From a virus, in IMG/VR virus record IMGVR_UViG_3300045988_072631: a DNA stretch of 64,000 bases; one strand, written 5' to 3'. Of the stretch, positions 33,973 to 43,080 are shown piece by piece; the first letter of the stretch is position 1; each line of letters opens with the position of its first letter. A model generated the notes under the pieces. The model was given only the letters and a program-made list of their open reading frames with translations. It searched no databases and was not told where the DNA came from. A program made the translations under genes and the position numbers.

Positions 33973-34101
33973 GTGAATGAGAAGGAAGAGTACAGGAAAC
34001 AGATCATCGAAATGATTGAGAATGTAAAAAGAAAAGATATTCTATTATACATTTTTAATATTACAAAGGATATTATCAAGGAGGATAAAGAAAATGAGTG
34101 A
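33973..34101 (+). CDS. small acidic protein (42 aa)
   Basis: GTG after GGGAGGG RBS. Confidence 0.4.
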   Translation: MNEKEEYRKQIIEMIENVKRKDILLYIFNITKDIIKEDKENE

Positions 34102-34351
34102 AAATTTATCAAATATTGTAATAAAGTCAAACGAAGAGAAGGGATATACAGAGATTTTTGTTGATGGGCATAAATTAAAAGGGGTTCGTAGTTTTGAGCT
34201 TAAAGAAGATGTCTCTGGCGCACCAACATTAACCGTAGACCTAAATGCCATAAATTTAAGCGTGGACTGCTTGTGTTTTATGCGTCATAAAGGCTACGGT
34301 GATATGAAGATAACATTCATTGATGATGTTGGACACGAAATGGATATATAG
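34094..34351 (+). CDS. hypothetical protein, paralog of 36553-36828
   Basis: Shared pattern G-x-x-TEI-x-x-x-G-x-K-x-x-GVRS-x-ELK...TxDLNA. Confidence 0.5.
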   Translation: MSENLSNIVIKSNEEKGYTEIFVDGHKLKGVRSFELKEDVSGAPTLTVDLNAINLSVDCLCFMRHKGYGDMKITFIDDVGHEMDI

Positions 34352-34356
34352 TACCA

Positions 34357-34563
34357 TTAGATATTATGTGGTGCTTTTTCCATGATAGGACATTTATTTG
34401 CCCGTTTGCATCCATAGGATTTTTGGTAAGAGCAGTCAAAGCGTTCTCTGGAAAATTTTTCTTTTGTTTCCAGAGTATTGTCACCACAATATGTTACTGA
34501 AACGGAGTAGTCTTTCTGTTGCGTAGGACAGAAACCTGTGAAGTCTTTAGTAATATAACTCAT
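34357..34563 (-). CDS. small Cys-rich protein
   Basis: ORF directly downstream of the XRE gene on the minus strand. Confidence 0.45.
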   Translation of the reverse strand: MSYITKDFTGFCPTQQKDYSVSVTYCGDNTLETKEKFSRERFDCSYQKSYGCKRANKCPIMEKAPHNI

Positions 34564-34565
34564 AT

Positions 34566-34916
34566 TTACACCTCACTAAGCACGTCGATAGTATCAATGA
34601 CGTGCTTTTTCTTTTTATCTGAAAGTTTCATGTATTTTTCCAAGGCGTTTAACAATTCTTTATCGTTTCTAATGGAAATCCACAGATCAGCTTGCGTTTG
34701 TAGCGGAATTTCTTTCTCTTCACCGTTTACAAGATAATCAACGGTTACATCTAAATAGTCCGCTAATTTTTGCATTGTTTCTGTTTTTGGATTCGTTTTT
34801 CCACGTTTCCAATCGGAAAGAGTCATGTTTGAAACGCCGGTTGCTCTTGATACATCGGCATTCTTTAGACCTTTTTCGTCTAGCAATTTCTGGTAATGTT
34901 CGTACATAAAAATCAC
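34566..34916 (-). CDS. XRE-family HTH repressor
   Basis: LKNADVSRATGVSNMTLSDWKRGKTNP HTH. Confidence 0.8.
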   Translation of the reverse strand: MIFMYEHYQKLLDEKGLKNADVSRATGVSNMTLSDWKRGKTNPKTETMQKLADYLDVTVDYLVNGEEKEIPLQTQADLWISIRNDKELLNALEKYMKLSDKKKKHVIDTIDVLSEV

Positions 34917-35105
34917 CTCAAAGAAATTACGGAAAACTTTAAAAATGTTATTGACTTTTAAAGAAACCCGTAATATACTAGACCTAGATTAAGGAAAGCC
35001 TTAAAACCTAGGTTATATTGGTTAGTTATATATTGTTCTGGTAGATAGTATTATAACGGTTTTCCTTAATAATTTCAATAGTTTTTAAGGAAAGGAGTAT
35101 GAATT
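34917..35105. promoter_or_regulatory. divergent switch region with operator-like repeats
   Basis: Inverted ATTACGG...CCCGTAAT and repeated TTAAGGAAAG motifs between divergent HTH genes. Confidence 0.5.
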
Positions 35106-35318
35106 TTGAAGCAGGAAAGAAAATATGGAAGTTCTTATGGAAAATTTTGCGAGATTATCAGCAAAAAAGGGATTACTCCATATCGGGTAGCAACAGATTT
35201 AGGCATTTCTCCAATGCTGCTTTCTGATTGGAAAAATGACAAAAGCAAACCTAAGTTAGACACTATGGTAATGATAGCTGACTACCTTGGTACGGACGTA
35301 AAGCAGTTTGTTGATTGA
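35106..35318 (+). CDS. Cro-like XRE HTH protein
   Basis: TTG start 9 nt after AAGGAG; ITPYRVATDLGISPMLLSDWKNDKSKP. Confidence 0.7.
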   Translation: MKQERKYGSSYGKFCEIISKKGITPYRVATDLGISPMLLSDWKNDKSKPKLDTMVMIADYLGTDVKQFVD

Positions 35319-35349
35319 ACCGGTTTAGTAGAAAGGAGGAATAAGGAAA

Positions 35350-35511
35350 ATGCAACATGACATTGATGGGTTAAAAGAAGTCCTCTACCAGCAAATTGAG
35401 AAACTGGCAGAGGAAAGCAACAGTAATTCTGCTGATGCGGAAACCAAAATTCGCATTGCGGGCGAGATTTGCCGTATCGCAGATACGATTATCAGGATTG
35501 ATGCCGATTAA
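35350..35511 (+). CDS. small hypothetical protein (53 aa)
   Basis: AGGAGGAATAAGG RBS. Confidence 0.45.
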   Translation: MQHDIDGLKEVLYQQIEKLAEESNSNSADAETKIRIAGEICRIADTIIRIDAD

Positions 35512-35732
35512 GTGCGGATTCGATACTGGATATATTTCTTTCTATGGACTTAAGCTCTACGAGATTTGATACGCTATGTAGACTGCTTAATTTATGCATA
35601 GCACAACATTTATACTTGGAAATATACCACGCACAGTCATGTACACAATCCTTGAAATCGTTAAGAGGACATTTACTTATCTTTACCACCTCCTTTATAG
35701 GAGAGTATATCACAGAAAGAAAGTGAGAGGAA

Positions 35733-36530
35733 ATGAACGAATTACAAATTTTCAAAAATTCAGAGTTCGGCGAAATTCGAACTGTGGTAGATAAGGTAAA
35801 TAATGTGTGGTTCTGCGGAAACGATGTGGCAAAAGCACTTGGATACGAAAGAGGAGCAAAAGCAATTTCGGATCACGTAGACACGGAAGATAGACATGAA
35901 GTCCCAATTCAGGATTCCATCGGAAGAATGCAGAAGACAGCATTTATAAGCGAAAGCGGATTATATGCGCTTGTACTTTCTAGCAAATTGCAGGATGCAA
36001 AAAAATTCAAACGATGGGTCACATCCGAAGTGCTCCCGTCCATCCGCAAGAATGGCGGCTACATTGCCGGACAGGAAAACATGACGGACGATGAACTTCT
36101 GGCAAATGCAATTCTGGTGGCGCAGAAAAAGATTGCTGAACGGGACAAGAAGATACAGGAACTTGAAACCGAAGTTGTGGAAATGAATAACACCATTTCG
36201 GAAATGCAACCGAAAGTGAACTACGTTGATTTGATCTTGAAAAGCAAGTCAGCGGTTCTGGTAACGCAGATTGCGCAGGACTATGGGATGTCGGCGAAAG
36301 CATTCAACAAGGTGCTGAAAGATTTAGGAGTCCAGCATAAAGTCGGTGGTCAGTGGATTTTGTACCGGAAGTATCAAGGACTTGGATACGTCCACAGCAA
36401 AACGATTGATATTACCAGATCAAGCGGACAGGCAGATGTTGTAATGCAGACAGAGTGGACGCAGAAGGGCAGATTGTTTCTGTATGAACTTCTGAAAAAG
36501 AACGGAACATATCCGCTGATTGAAAGGTAG
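35733..36530 (+). CDS. antirepressor (Bro-N plus KilA-C domains)
   Basis: [15 protein letters not shown]...[13 protein letters not shown] and C-terminal [24 protein letters not shown]. Confidence 0.85.
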   Translation: MNELQIFKNSEFGEIRTVVDKVNNVWFCGNDVAKALGYERGAKAISDHVDTEDRHEVPIQDSIGRMQKTAFISESGLYALVLSSKLQDAKKFKRWVTSEVLPSIRKNGGYIAGQENMTDDELLANAILVAQKKIAERDKKIQELETEVVEMNNTISEMQPKVNYVDLILKSKSAVLVTQIAQDYGMSAKAFNKVLKDLGVQHKVGGQWILYRKYQGLGYVHSKTIDITRSSGQADVVMQTEWTQKGRLFLYELLKKNGTYPLIER

Positions 36531-36552
36531 TCAACAAAAGGAGTGGAGAAAA

Positions 36553-36828
36553 ATGGCAAAAATCGAAATAAGACAGGTTGATGGGGAAAAAGGAATATTC
36601 ACCGAAATTCGTATTGGTGGTCGCAAAATTGATGGTGTCAGAAGTTACGAATTAAAGCAAAAAGCTGGAGAGCTTCCTGTGTTGACAATTGACTTGAACG
36701 CTTTTGAGATCGCGACAGACTTGAGGGTGCTACTTGTTAATCAGGACACTGCTGGAGAGATTAAAAGCATCAGATTCAAAGATGGGTATGAGGTTGAAAT
36801 TGGCTCTCCTGTTACAGAGAGCCAGTAA
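36553..36828 (+). CDS. hypothetical protein, paralog of 34094-34351
   Basis: See 34094 entry. Confidence 0.5.
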   Translation: MAKIEIRQVDGEKGIFTEIRIGGRKIDGVRSYELKQKAGELPVLTIDLNAFEIATDLRVLLVNQDTAGEIKSIRFKDGYEVEIGSPVTESQ

Positions 36829-37052
36829 ATTATTTGTTGAGATTTTGAAGTATGGAACATTGTTTTGGGGTGTGGCAACAACCGGACAATGCTGAATACG
36901 GGCAGATTAAACGTCCGTTTTCAAAACGTTGTTCTTCTAAATCAGAAGAATCTACCATTTTAATCTCAACAGAATAATTCTTGCTCTGTTTTAGCAAAAA
37001 GCATATACAAAAGGAAGATGAAAGGGAACTATTCGTAAAACAGGAGGCATTT

Positions 37053-37247
37053 ATGCAGACAGCACCATGCTTAAAGTGTGAACGTCGTGGATGCGGAAGC
37101 TACCATGATGAATGTGAGCAGTACAAAGCATTCAGAGCGGAGCAGGATGCATTGAGCGAGAAGAAAAAGAAGTTTCGAGGTGAAAATGTTCCAGCACGAC
37201 ATTATAGATGGCGAGAACATTCACCTATCAAATGTCACAAAAAGTAG
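37053..37247 (+). CDS. small Cys-rich protein
   Basis: CAGGAGG RBS; CLKCERRGCGSYHDEC. Confidence 0.45.
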   Translation: MQTAPCLKCERRGCGSYHDECEQYKAFRAEQDALSEKKKKFRGENVPARHYRWREHSPIKCHKK

Positions 37248-37256
37248 GAGGGGGAA

Positions 37257-37733
37257 ATGAAAAAAATGGCAATAGCGGTAGTAATTGCATTCCTGTTGTT
37301 CGTCGGTTTTGCCATGATTGCGAATGCCGGGAGCGATCATCAGGGAGACTGGCAGGAGTACATAGAAAGACTATGCGAAAGCAAGAACATTTCACCGGAG
37401 CTTGTGGAAGCCATGATCGAACGGGAGTCTAGCTGGAACCCGGATGCGGTAAATGGTAACTGCGTCGGTCTCATGCAGGTGGATAAGGAAATTCACTGGG
37501 AGTTGATCGGAGATCGGAATATGACTGACCCATACGACAACATTTATGTGGGAGTAACGATTCTGGAAGAACTGCTTCACAAATATGGCGAAGCGGCACC
37601 GGCACTGATGTTCTATAACGCAGGATATTCCGATAATTACGGAATCGGAGCATATGAGGACGGAACACTTAGCAACTATGCTGAAGAAATTTTAAAGCGT
37701 GCAACGGAATTGGAAAGATTGCACGGGAAATAG
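37257..37733 (+). CDS. lytic transglycosylase (SLT domain) with N-terminal TM/signal
   Basis: IERESSWNPDAV...GLMQV...YNAGY. Confidence 0.8.
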   Translation: MKKMAIAVVIAFLLFVGFAMIANAGSDHQGDWQEYIERLCESKNISPELVEAMIERESSWNPDAVNGNCVGLMQVDKEIHWELIGDRNMTDPYDNIYVGVTILEELLHKYGEAAPALMFYNAGYSDNYGIGAYEDGTLSNYAEEILKRATELERLHGK

Positions 37734-37743
37734 GAGGAAAATC

Positions 37744-37854
37744 ATGACAATTTATATCCCGGAATTTTGGGTAGGCTTTATGGCTTGCATTATTGCAGAA
37801 GTTGGTGCTTGCATCGCATACAGCTGGTATCTTTCACGGAGAAAGAAAAGATGA
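37744..37854 (+). CDS. small membrane peptide (36 aa)
   Basis: AGGAGG RBS; hydrophobic core, RRKKR tail; ATGA coupling to the next gene. Confidence 0.4.
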   Translation: MTIYIPEFWVGFMACIIAEVGACIAYSWYLSRRKKR

Positions 37855-38027
37855 AGCAGCCGAAACGCCTAACAAGAGAGCAAAAAGAAGCTGTGGCAGC
37901 AGCTAGATTTAATCCGGCTAACTGGATGCTGGTGGATGAAACAGAGTTCTATTTAAAGATAATCCACAAGGAAACAGGAATTATTCGGTCGGTGGATAAG
38001 TTTAGAAGATTAAATTACAGGAGATAG
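37851..38027 (+). CDS. small conserved MGE protein
   Basis: KRLTREQKEAVAAARFNPANWMLV pattern. Confidence 0.5.
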   Translation: MKQPKRLTREQKEAVAAARFNPANWMLVDETEFYLKIIHKETGIIRSVDKFRRLNYRR

Positions 38028-38142
38028 AAATGAACATGGAAACTATTACATTGCAGGACTGAATTGACAATTATGAGAAAAAAGATCAGGCAGCAGTCAT
38101 TAACGACGGTCAGGTGCTTGGATTTGAACAGGTGGAGGAAAA

Positions 38143-38406
38143 ATGAAAGTGGATTTACTGGAGGATGCGTACATATGCATCAGCAAAGACGAGTATATCA
38201 ATTTGGTAGATCAGGAAACTAGAGTGAATGTTCTGGTTGGTTTGATAGCTGCCGGATGCAAGCCGAGCGGAGAGGAAATACTTCGTATCCTTGGAACGGA
38301 ACTGGCAATCGTAACCGCAAACGAATTAAGGGAGAAAAGAAATGGAACTGAAACTTTTACGAATGAAGCTGAAAAACTTCACAAAATATACCGAAAAAGA
38401 GATTGA
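38143..38406 (+). CDS. hypothetical protein
   Basis: GGTGGAGGAA RBS. Confidence 0.45.
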   Translation: MKVDLLEDAYICISKDEYINLVDQETRVNVLVGLIAAGCKPSGEEILRILGTELAIVTANELREKRNGTETFTNEAEKLHKIYRKRD

Positions 38407-40264
38407 TTTCTCTAATATCACTAAAATTTCCGGTATGAACGGAGCTGGAAAGTCCAGCATTGCGACCGCATATACTTGGGTACTGTTTGATTGCGACTAC
38501 AATTTGAAAAGCAGTCCGGCAGTCCGTAGGGAAGTTGACGGGGAACCGGTAATGGATTCTGATGTAGAAGTAACACTGATATTCGATCTGGATGGAAAAG
38601 AAATTTCCATGCGAAAGGTACAGCACCGGACGATCAGCAAGGACGGAGCATCCTACAAAGATGATAATAAATATTTTATCAATGATGTTCCAAAGAAAAA
38701 AGCAGAATTTGAATCGTATCTTGGAATTGATATGGGACTTTTGAAAAGTTGTTCTAATCCAGAGGCTTTTCTTACTAAAAAAGCAGATGAAATGAGAGCA
38801 TATTTGTTTTCACTGTCAGAATCTTTTTCAGATATGCATGTTTGCTGGGAGAACGAAAGCCTTCATGGATTGGCAGAAAAGCTGACAGATTATTCAGTTG
38901 AAGAGTTATCTGCCATGAATAAGAAAAAGAAAACGGATATTGAGAAAGAGCTTCCGGTTCTGGACGGACATATTAAGGAGAAAGAACGAGACATCAAGTT
39001 AAAATCCGACATGGATGTGTCTGATCTGGAATTGCAGAGAAATACATTGAAAGAACAGATTGCAGAGAATCTGAAAAAACAGGCTGATAGTCAGAACATT
39101 TTGAAAGATTATGAATCTGCTACTGCCGGAATTATGGAGCTGAAATTCAAACTGCCAGATATGCAGAATCAGGCGAATAATGTTCTATCAGAAAAAGTCC
39201 GGAAGATCAGAAGTGAAATAGCGGATAAAACAGCCGAAAAGCGGAGATTAGAAATTGAGTCTGACAATTACAGCCGGAAAGTAGAAATATTGACAGATTC
39301 AATTAAGAGATTGACCGAAGATAAGCAGAAAATGGCTGAACTTTGGAAGCAGGAGAAAGCAAGAGTTTTTGACGAAAACAGTACCGTATGCGTGTACTGC
39401 GGGCAGGAATATCCAGAGGACAAGAAAGAACAGCTCCGGTCAGAGTTCGCAGTGCGTAAAGAAGCGGAATTGAAGCGCATCACCGACAAAGGAATGTCTC
39501 TGAAATCTTCTATCGAGGAAAATGAAAAACATATTAAGACTTTGAATACTTTTTTTGAGCATAACGCAGAATGTATTCGGAATATTGAAGAAGAAATTCG
39601 ACTTCTCAGAGAAAAAGAAGCGGAAATTCCGATTGCTGCGGATATTTCTGGTAATGAAGAATATAAGAAAATTCAGAACCAGATTACTGAAAAGGGAAAG
39701 TACCTGGAACAGTTTGGAAACGCTTCTGATTTGAAAGAACAGCTTAAACAGGAAGAATCGGAGTTGAACGAACAACTGAGAGCCTGCGAACAGAAAATTG
39801 CACAGTCGGATACCTCCGCAGAAGAAGAAAGACTGGAAGAACTGAAAGCAAGAAAGCTTGACCTGGGGCAGAAAAAGACGGACGCAGAGCATATACTTGA
39901 CCTTCTGGCAGAACTGGAAAAGAAGAAAAATGAGCTGCTTTCCGATGAAATCAACAGCCATTTTGGACTGGTTAAGTGGAAGTTGTTCGAGAATGCAAAG
40001 AATGGAAATTACAAGTCCGTATGCATTCCACAGGTTGACGAAAAGTCCATTCTGACCACCATCAGCAATAAGGGGAACCGGATTCTCGGAAAACTGGATA
40101 TTTGCCGGAGTATCCAGAAAATCGAGGGAATTTCAGTGCCGATCTGGTTGGATGATTGTGAGTCGTTGGACTCTGAAAACCAGAAGAAGGTTATTGATAT
40201 GGTGGACGGTCAGCTGATTATGCTGATCGTAAATGATGGCAAAGAATTAAAAGTGGAGGGGTAA
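38342..40264 (+). CDS. SMC/Rad50-like AAA ATPase
   Basis: N-terminal KNF...GMNGAGKSS Walker A, long coiled-coil, C-terminal LDDCESLD Walker B. Confidence 0.75.
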   Translation: MELKLLRMKLKNFTKYTEKEIDFSNITKISGMNGAGKSSIATAYTWVLFDCDYNLKSSPAVRREVDGEPVMDSDVEVTLIFDLDGKEISMRKVQHRTISKDGASYKDDNKYFINDVPKKKAEFESYLGIDMGLLKSCSNPEAFLTKKADEMRAYLFSLSESFSDMHVCWENESLHGLAEKLTDYSVEELSAMNKKKKTDIEKELPVLDGHIKEKERDIKLKSDMDVSDLELQRNTLKEQIAENLKKQADSQNILKDYESATAGIMELKFKLPDMQNQANNVLSEKVRKIRSEIADKTAEKRRLEIESDNYSRKVEILTDSIKRLTEDKQKMAELWKQEKARVFDENSTVCVYCGQEYPEDKKEQLRSEFAVRKEAELKRITDKGMSLKSSIEENEKHIKTLNTFFEHNAECIRNIEEEIRLLREKEAEIPIAADISGNEEYKKIQNQITEKGKYLEQFGNASDLKEQLKQEESELNEQLRACEQKIAQSDTSAEEERLEELKARKLDLGQKKTDAEHILDLLAELEKKKNELLSDEINSHFGLVKWKLFENAKNGNYKSVCIPQVDEKSILTTISNKGNRILGKLDICRSIQKIEGISVPIWLDDCESLDSENQKKVIDMVDGQLIMLIVNDGKELKVEG

Positions 40265-40266
40265 AA

Positions 40267-40866
40267 ATGAGTAAAGCATTGGATATGGCAAGAGAACTGG
40301 TTAAGAAGCTGGAAGAAGAGGAAAAACAGCCAAAAGTGCAGCTTTTAACTTTGAATCCGGGAAATGTATTCAAAATTGGAGAGCATGATTTTATTGTACT
40401 GATGCAGTGCAGAGAGGAAACAGCAGTAATTTCCAAAGGATTCATGGCTGAAAATGTGAAATTTGATGAGGATTCGAGAAACTATAAAGAGTCAAATCTG
40501 AAAAAGGTTATCGAGAATCTGATCCAGCCGGTTATTGAGAAGGAAGTCGGATCAAAAAACCTTATTGAGCATGAGGTTGATCTGACAAGTGTAGATATGC
40601 AGGATGAGTTCGGAGGATTCAAGTGCAAAGTCAGACCAATCACATTCGAAGAAGCCAGACTGTACAACAATTTACTGGTTAATAAAAACCTTAATGATTG
40701 GTGGTGGACATGCACACCTTGGAGCACAGAAGACAGAGGATGGAAATATTCAATTGCCGTTGTTGCTCCGTCCGGCCTTATCAACGACAACTATTTCAGC
40801 AACTGCTACGGTGTTCGCCCGTTTTGTATCTTAAAATCTAATATCTTTGTATCGAAGGGAGAATGA
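40267..40866 (+). CDS. DGR target protein 1 (C-terminal variable region)
   Basis: C-terminus WWWTCTPWS...VVAPSG...GVRPFCIL carries VR1. Confidence 0.8.
   Translation: MSKALDMARELVKKLEEEEKQPKVQLLTLNPGNVFKIGEHDFIVLMQCREETAVISKGFMAENVKFDEDSRNYKESNLKKVIENLIQPVIEKEVGSKNLIEHEVDLTSVDMQDEFGGFKCKVRPITFEEARLYNNLLVNKNLNDWWWTCTPWSTEDRGWKYSIAVVAPSGLINDNYFSNCYGVRPFCILKSNIFVSKGE
40754..40830 (+). repeat. DGR variable region VR1 (77 nt)
   Basis: Aligns to TR without gaps; 13 of 14 mismatches at TR adenines. Confidence 0.85.
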
Positions 40867-41488
40867 AAATGGGATTAACAATGAAAGCATTGCAGGAACA
40901 GATTGATGTGTTAAAAAAAGAAATGGAAGAGCTGAGAAGCGGCCAGAAAGTAGAATGCAACAAGAAATTTTCCAAATTTCTTACTATTGGTGAAACATTT
41001 GAACTGGCAGGAGTTAATTGGAAGATTATTGATATCACGAGTGATGGTTATGTTTGTCTGTCTGATTCTATAGGTGAAATGAAATTCAGCTCTGAAAACA
41101 ATGACTGGAGAACCAGCAATCTTCGAAAATATTTGAATGAAGAATTTTTGAAAAAGATGGAATCAGAAATCGGGACAGGTAATCTGATCAAATTTGAGAG
41201 AAGCCTTCTTTCTTTGGACGGTCAGACGGAGTACGGAACATGTGATGATAAAGTTTCACTTTTGACAGTGGATGAGTACCGGAAATACAGAAAGCTCATT
41301 CCAAATACAGACGATTGGTTCTGGTTGATTTCTCCGTGGAGTACACCTTGCAATGGCTTCAACAACAGTGTTACCGTTGTTGCTCCGTCCGGCAATATGC
41401 CTTCAACTACGGCGGTTACTACGGCCGCTGCGGTGTTCGCCCGTTCTGTATCTTTTCTTCTGCAATCTTTGAATCAGAGGAAAAATAA
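40863..41488 (+). pseudogene. DGR target protein 2, frame broken inside VR2
   Basis: N-terminal frame reads ...VTVVAPSGNM; the conserved ...CGVRPFCIFSSAIFESEEK* end (TAA 41486-41488, TAAATG to avd) is in another frame because of 5 extra nt. Confidence 0.7.
41371..41452 (+). repeat. DGR variable region VR2 (82 nt, TR length plus 5)
   Basis: 15 mismatches to TR, all at TR adenines, plus insertion GCCTT at 41399-41403. Confidence 0.85.
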
Positions 41489-41860
41489 ATGCCAGAAACA
41501 GAACTGAAAGTAATTCTGAAAGCAAAAGATCTGGCAGCGCATACTTTGAGAGTGACATCGAATTGCAACCGGTATCCTAAAAAGTATAGATTTTCATTGG
41601 TGGACAAGATGCAGAATAAAGCACTTGAAATTTATGAATATTTGTACGAAGCCAACCGGACAGATTTGAAAAATTTTAAAAAGGAGCGATCAGAGTTACA
41701 GACAAAAGCAATCACAAATTGCGATGAATTGTTGTTTTATATCGAATTATCAATGAAACTTAATATTATCAGCATGGAAAGCACGGAGTATTGGTCGAAA
41801 ATGGTGTCCGATATAAAACATATGGCGATTGCATGGAGAACCAAAGATAAAGGACGATAA
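41489..41860 (+). CDS. avd: Avd-like accessory variability determinant (four-helix-bundle protein)
   Basis: 123 aa basic helical protein between target genes and TR/RT. Confidence 0.75.
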   Translation: MPETELKVILKAKDLAAHTLRVTSNCNRYPKKYRFSLVDKMQNKALEIYEYLYEANRTDLKNFKKERSELQTKAITNCDELLFYIELSMKLNIISMESTEYWSKMVSDIKHMAIAWRTKDKGR

Positions 41861-41882
41861 AATTATAGGTTATGCGCTGTTT

Positions 41883-41959
41883 AAACCGTTGTTGCTCCAT
41901 CCGGCAATATCAACAACAACAATTACAACAACAGCAACGGTGTTCGCCCATTCTGTATC
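41883..41959 (+). repeat. DGR template repeat (TR), AAC/AAT-rich
   Basis: ...GGCAATATCAACAACAACAATTACAACAACAGCAACGGTGTTCGCCC...; non-coding, 98 nt upstream of RT. Confidence 0.85.
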
Positions 41960-42057
41960 AAACAGGCAGTTAGAGTAGGCAATAAGCCGAAATCAGAGAA
42001 AGATACAAAAAAGTGCATGACCTTCTCGAATAGGGTAAATACAAAGGAATTTTTACA

Positions 42058-43080
42058 ATGGATAAAGATGTTATATGCAGCTATGAAAATCTGTATAAGG
42101 CATACCGGAAGGCTAAAACTGGAAAAGGTTTTAATGGAAGCTGTGCAAAATTTCAGACTATGAATCTGGAAGGACTTCACTTATTGAAAGAACAACTGGA
42201 AAATCAGACATACCGGTTGAATCCGTACAACGAATTTAAGGTTTACGAACCGAAAGAAAGAGTGATTAAATCGTGTTCTTTCAAAGACAAAATCGTCCAA
42301 CATTGCTTATGCGACGAGATTTTGCATCCTGCATTAAGGGATCGCTTTATTAGTACGAATTATGCAGGGCAGCAGGGGAAAGGTACTCATTTTGGAATGG
42401 ATTGCTTGAAAGAGCAAATGATTGATTTTTATGAAGAACATAGACTTGATGGCTGGATTCTTAAATGTGACATTAAAAAGTTTTTCTACCAGATAGACCA
42501 TGAGATCCTGAAAAGAATTGTTGACTATCACTTTCCAGATGAGTACACCAAATGGTTGAATCACCTGTTTATTGAAAGCACAGAAGGTCTGGGGCTTCCA
42601 CTCGGGAATCAGGTAGCTCAGGTATATGCACTTCTGATGCTAGATGGTATGGATCACTTCATTACCGAAACACTTGGAATATCCAGATATGGAAGATACA
42701 TGGATGATTTCTATTTGATCTATCCAGATAAAGAGTATTTGATGTTTTGTCTAAAACAGATCCGAGAATTTCTTGGAAGGCTGGAACTTGAATTGAATGG
42801 AAAGACACAGATTGTCCCATTCAAATGCGGAATAGCATTTACAGGTTTTCATCACTACGTAACATTGGAAGGAAAATACATAAGAAAATTGAGTGGAACA
42901 AACAAACGAAAGATGCGTAAGAAAATCAGGAAATGGTCAGAACTGGTTAGATCCGGGAAAATGACGGAAGAAAAATTTTTTGAGAAGTACAACGCTTGGA
43001 AAAACCATGCATTACATGGGAATTGCATTAAGTTGTGCCACTCGATGGATTTATATGTAAAAGAATTATTGGAGGAATAA
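42058..43080 (+). CDS. DGR-type reverse transcriptase
   Basis: LPLGNQVAQ and YMDDF motifs, 340 aa. Confidence 0.9.
   Translation: MDKDVICSYENLYKAYRKAKTGKGFNGSCAKFQTMNLEGLHLLKEQLENQTYRLNPYNEFKVYEPKERVIKSCSFKDKIVQHCLCDEILHPALRDRFISTNYAGQQGKGTHFGMDCLKEQMIDFYEEHRLDGWILKCDIKKFFYQIDHEILKRIVDYHFPDEYTKWLNHLFIESTEGLGLPLGNQVAQVYALLMLDGMDHFITETLGISRYGRYMDDFYLIYPDKEYLMFCLKQIREFLGRLELELNGKTQIVPFKCGIAFTGFHHYVTLEGKYIRKLSGTNKRKMRKKIRKWSELVRSGKMTEEKFFEKYNAWKNHALHGNCIKLCHSMDLYVKELLEE

Larger units (their letters stand above)
40267..43080 (+). mobile_element. diversity-generating retroelement cassette (target1, target2, avd, TR, RT)
   Basis: TR/VR triplet with adenine-specific mismatches plus RT and Avd-like genes. 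Confidence 0.85.

Noticed and set aside
35492-35755. 87-aa minus-strand Cys-rich ORF between the small ORF at 35350 and the antirepressor
   Set aside because: It overlaps coding sequence at both ends and lacks a well-spaced RBS. It remains possible but is not supported well enough to list.
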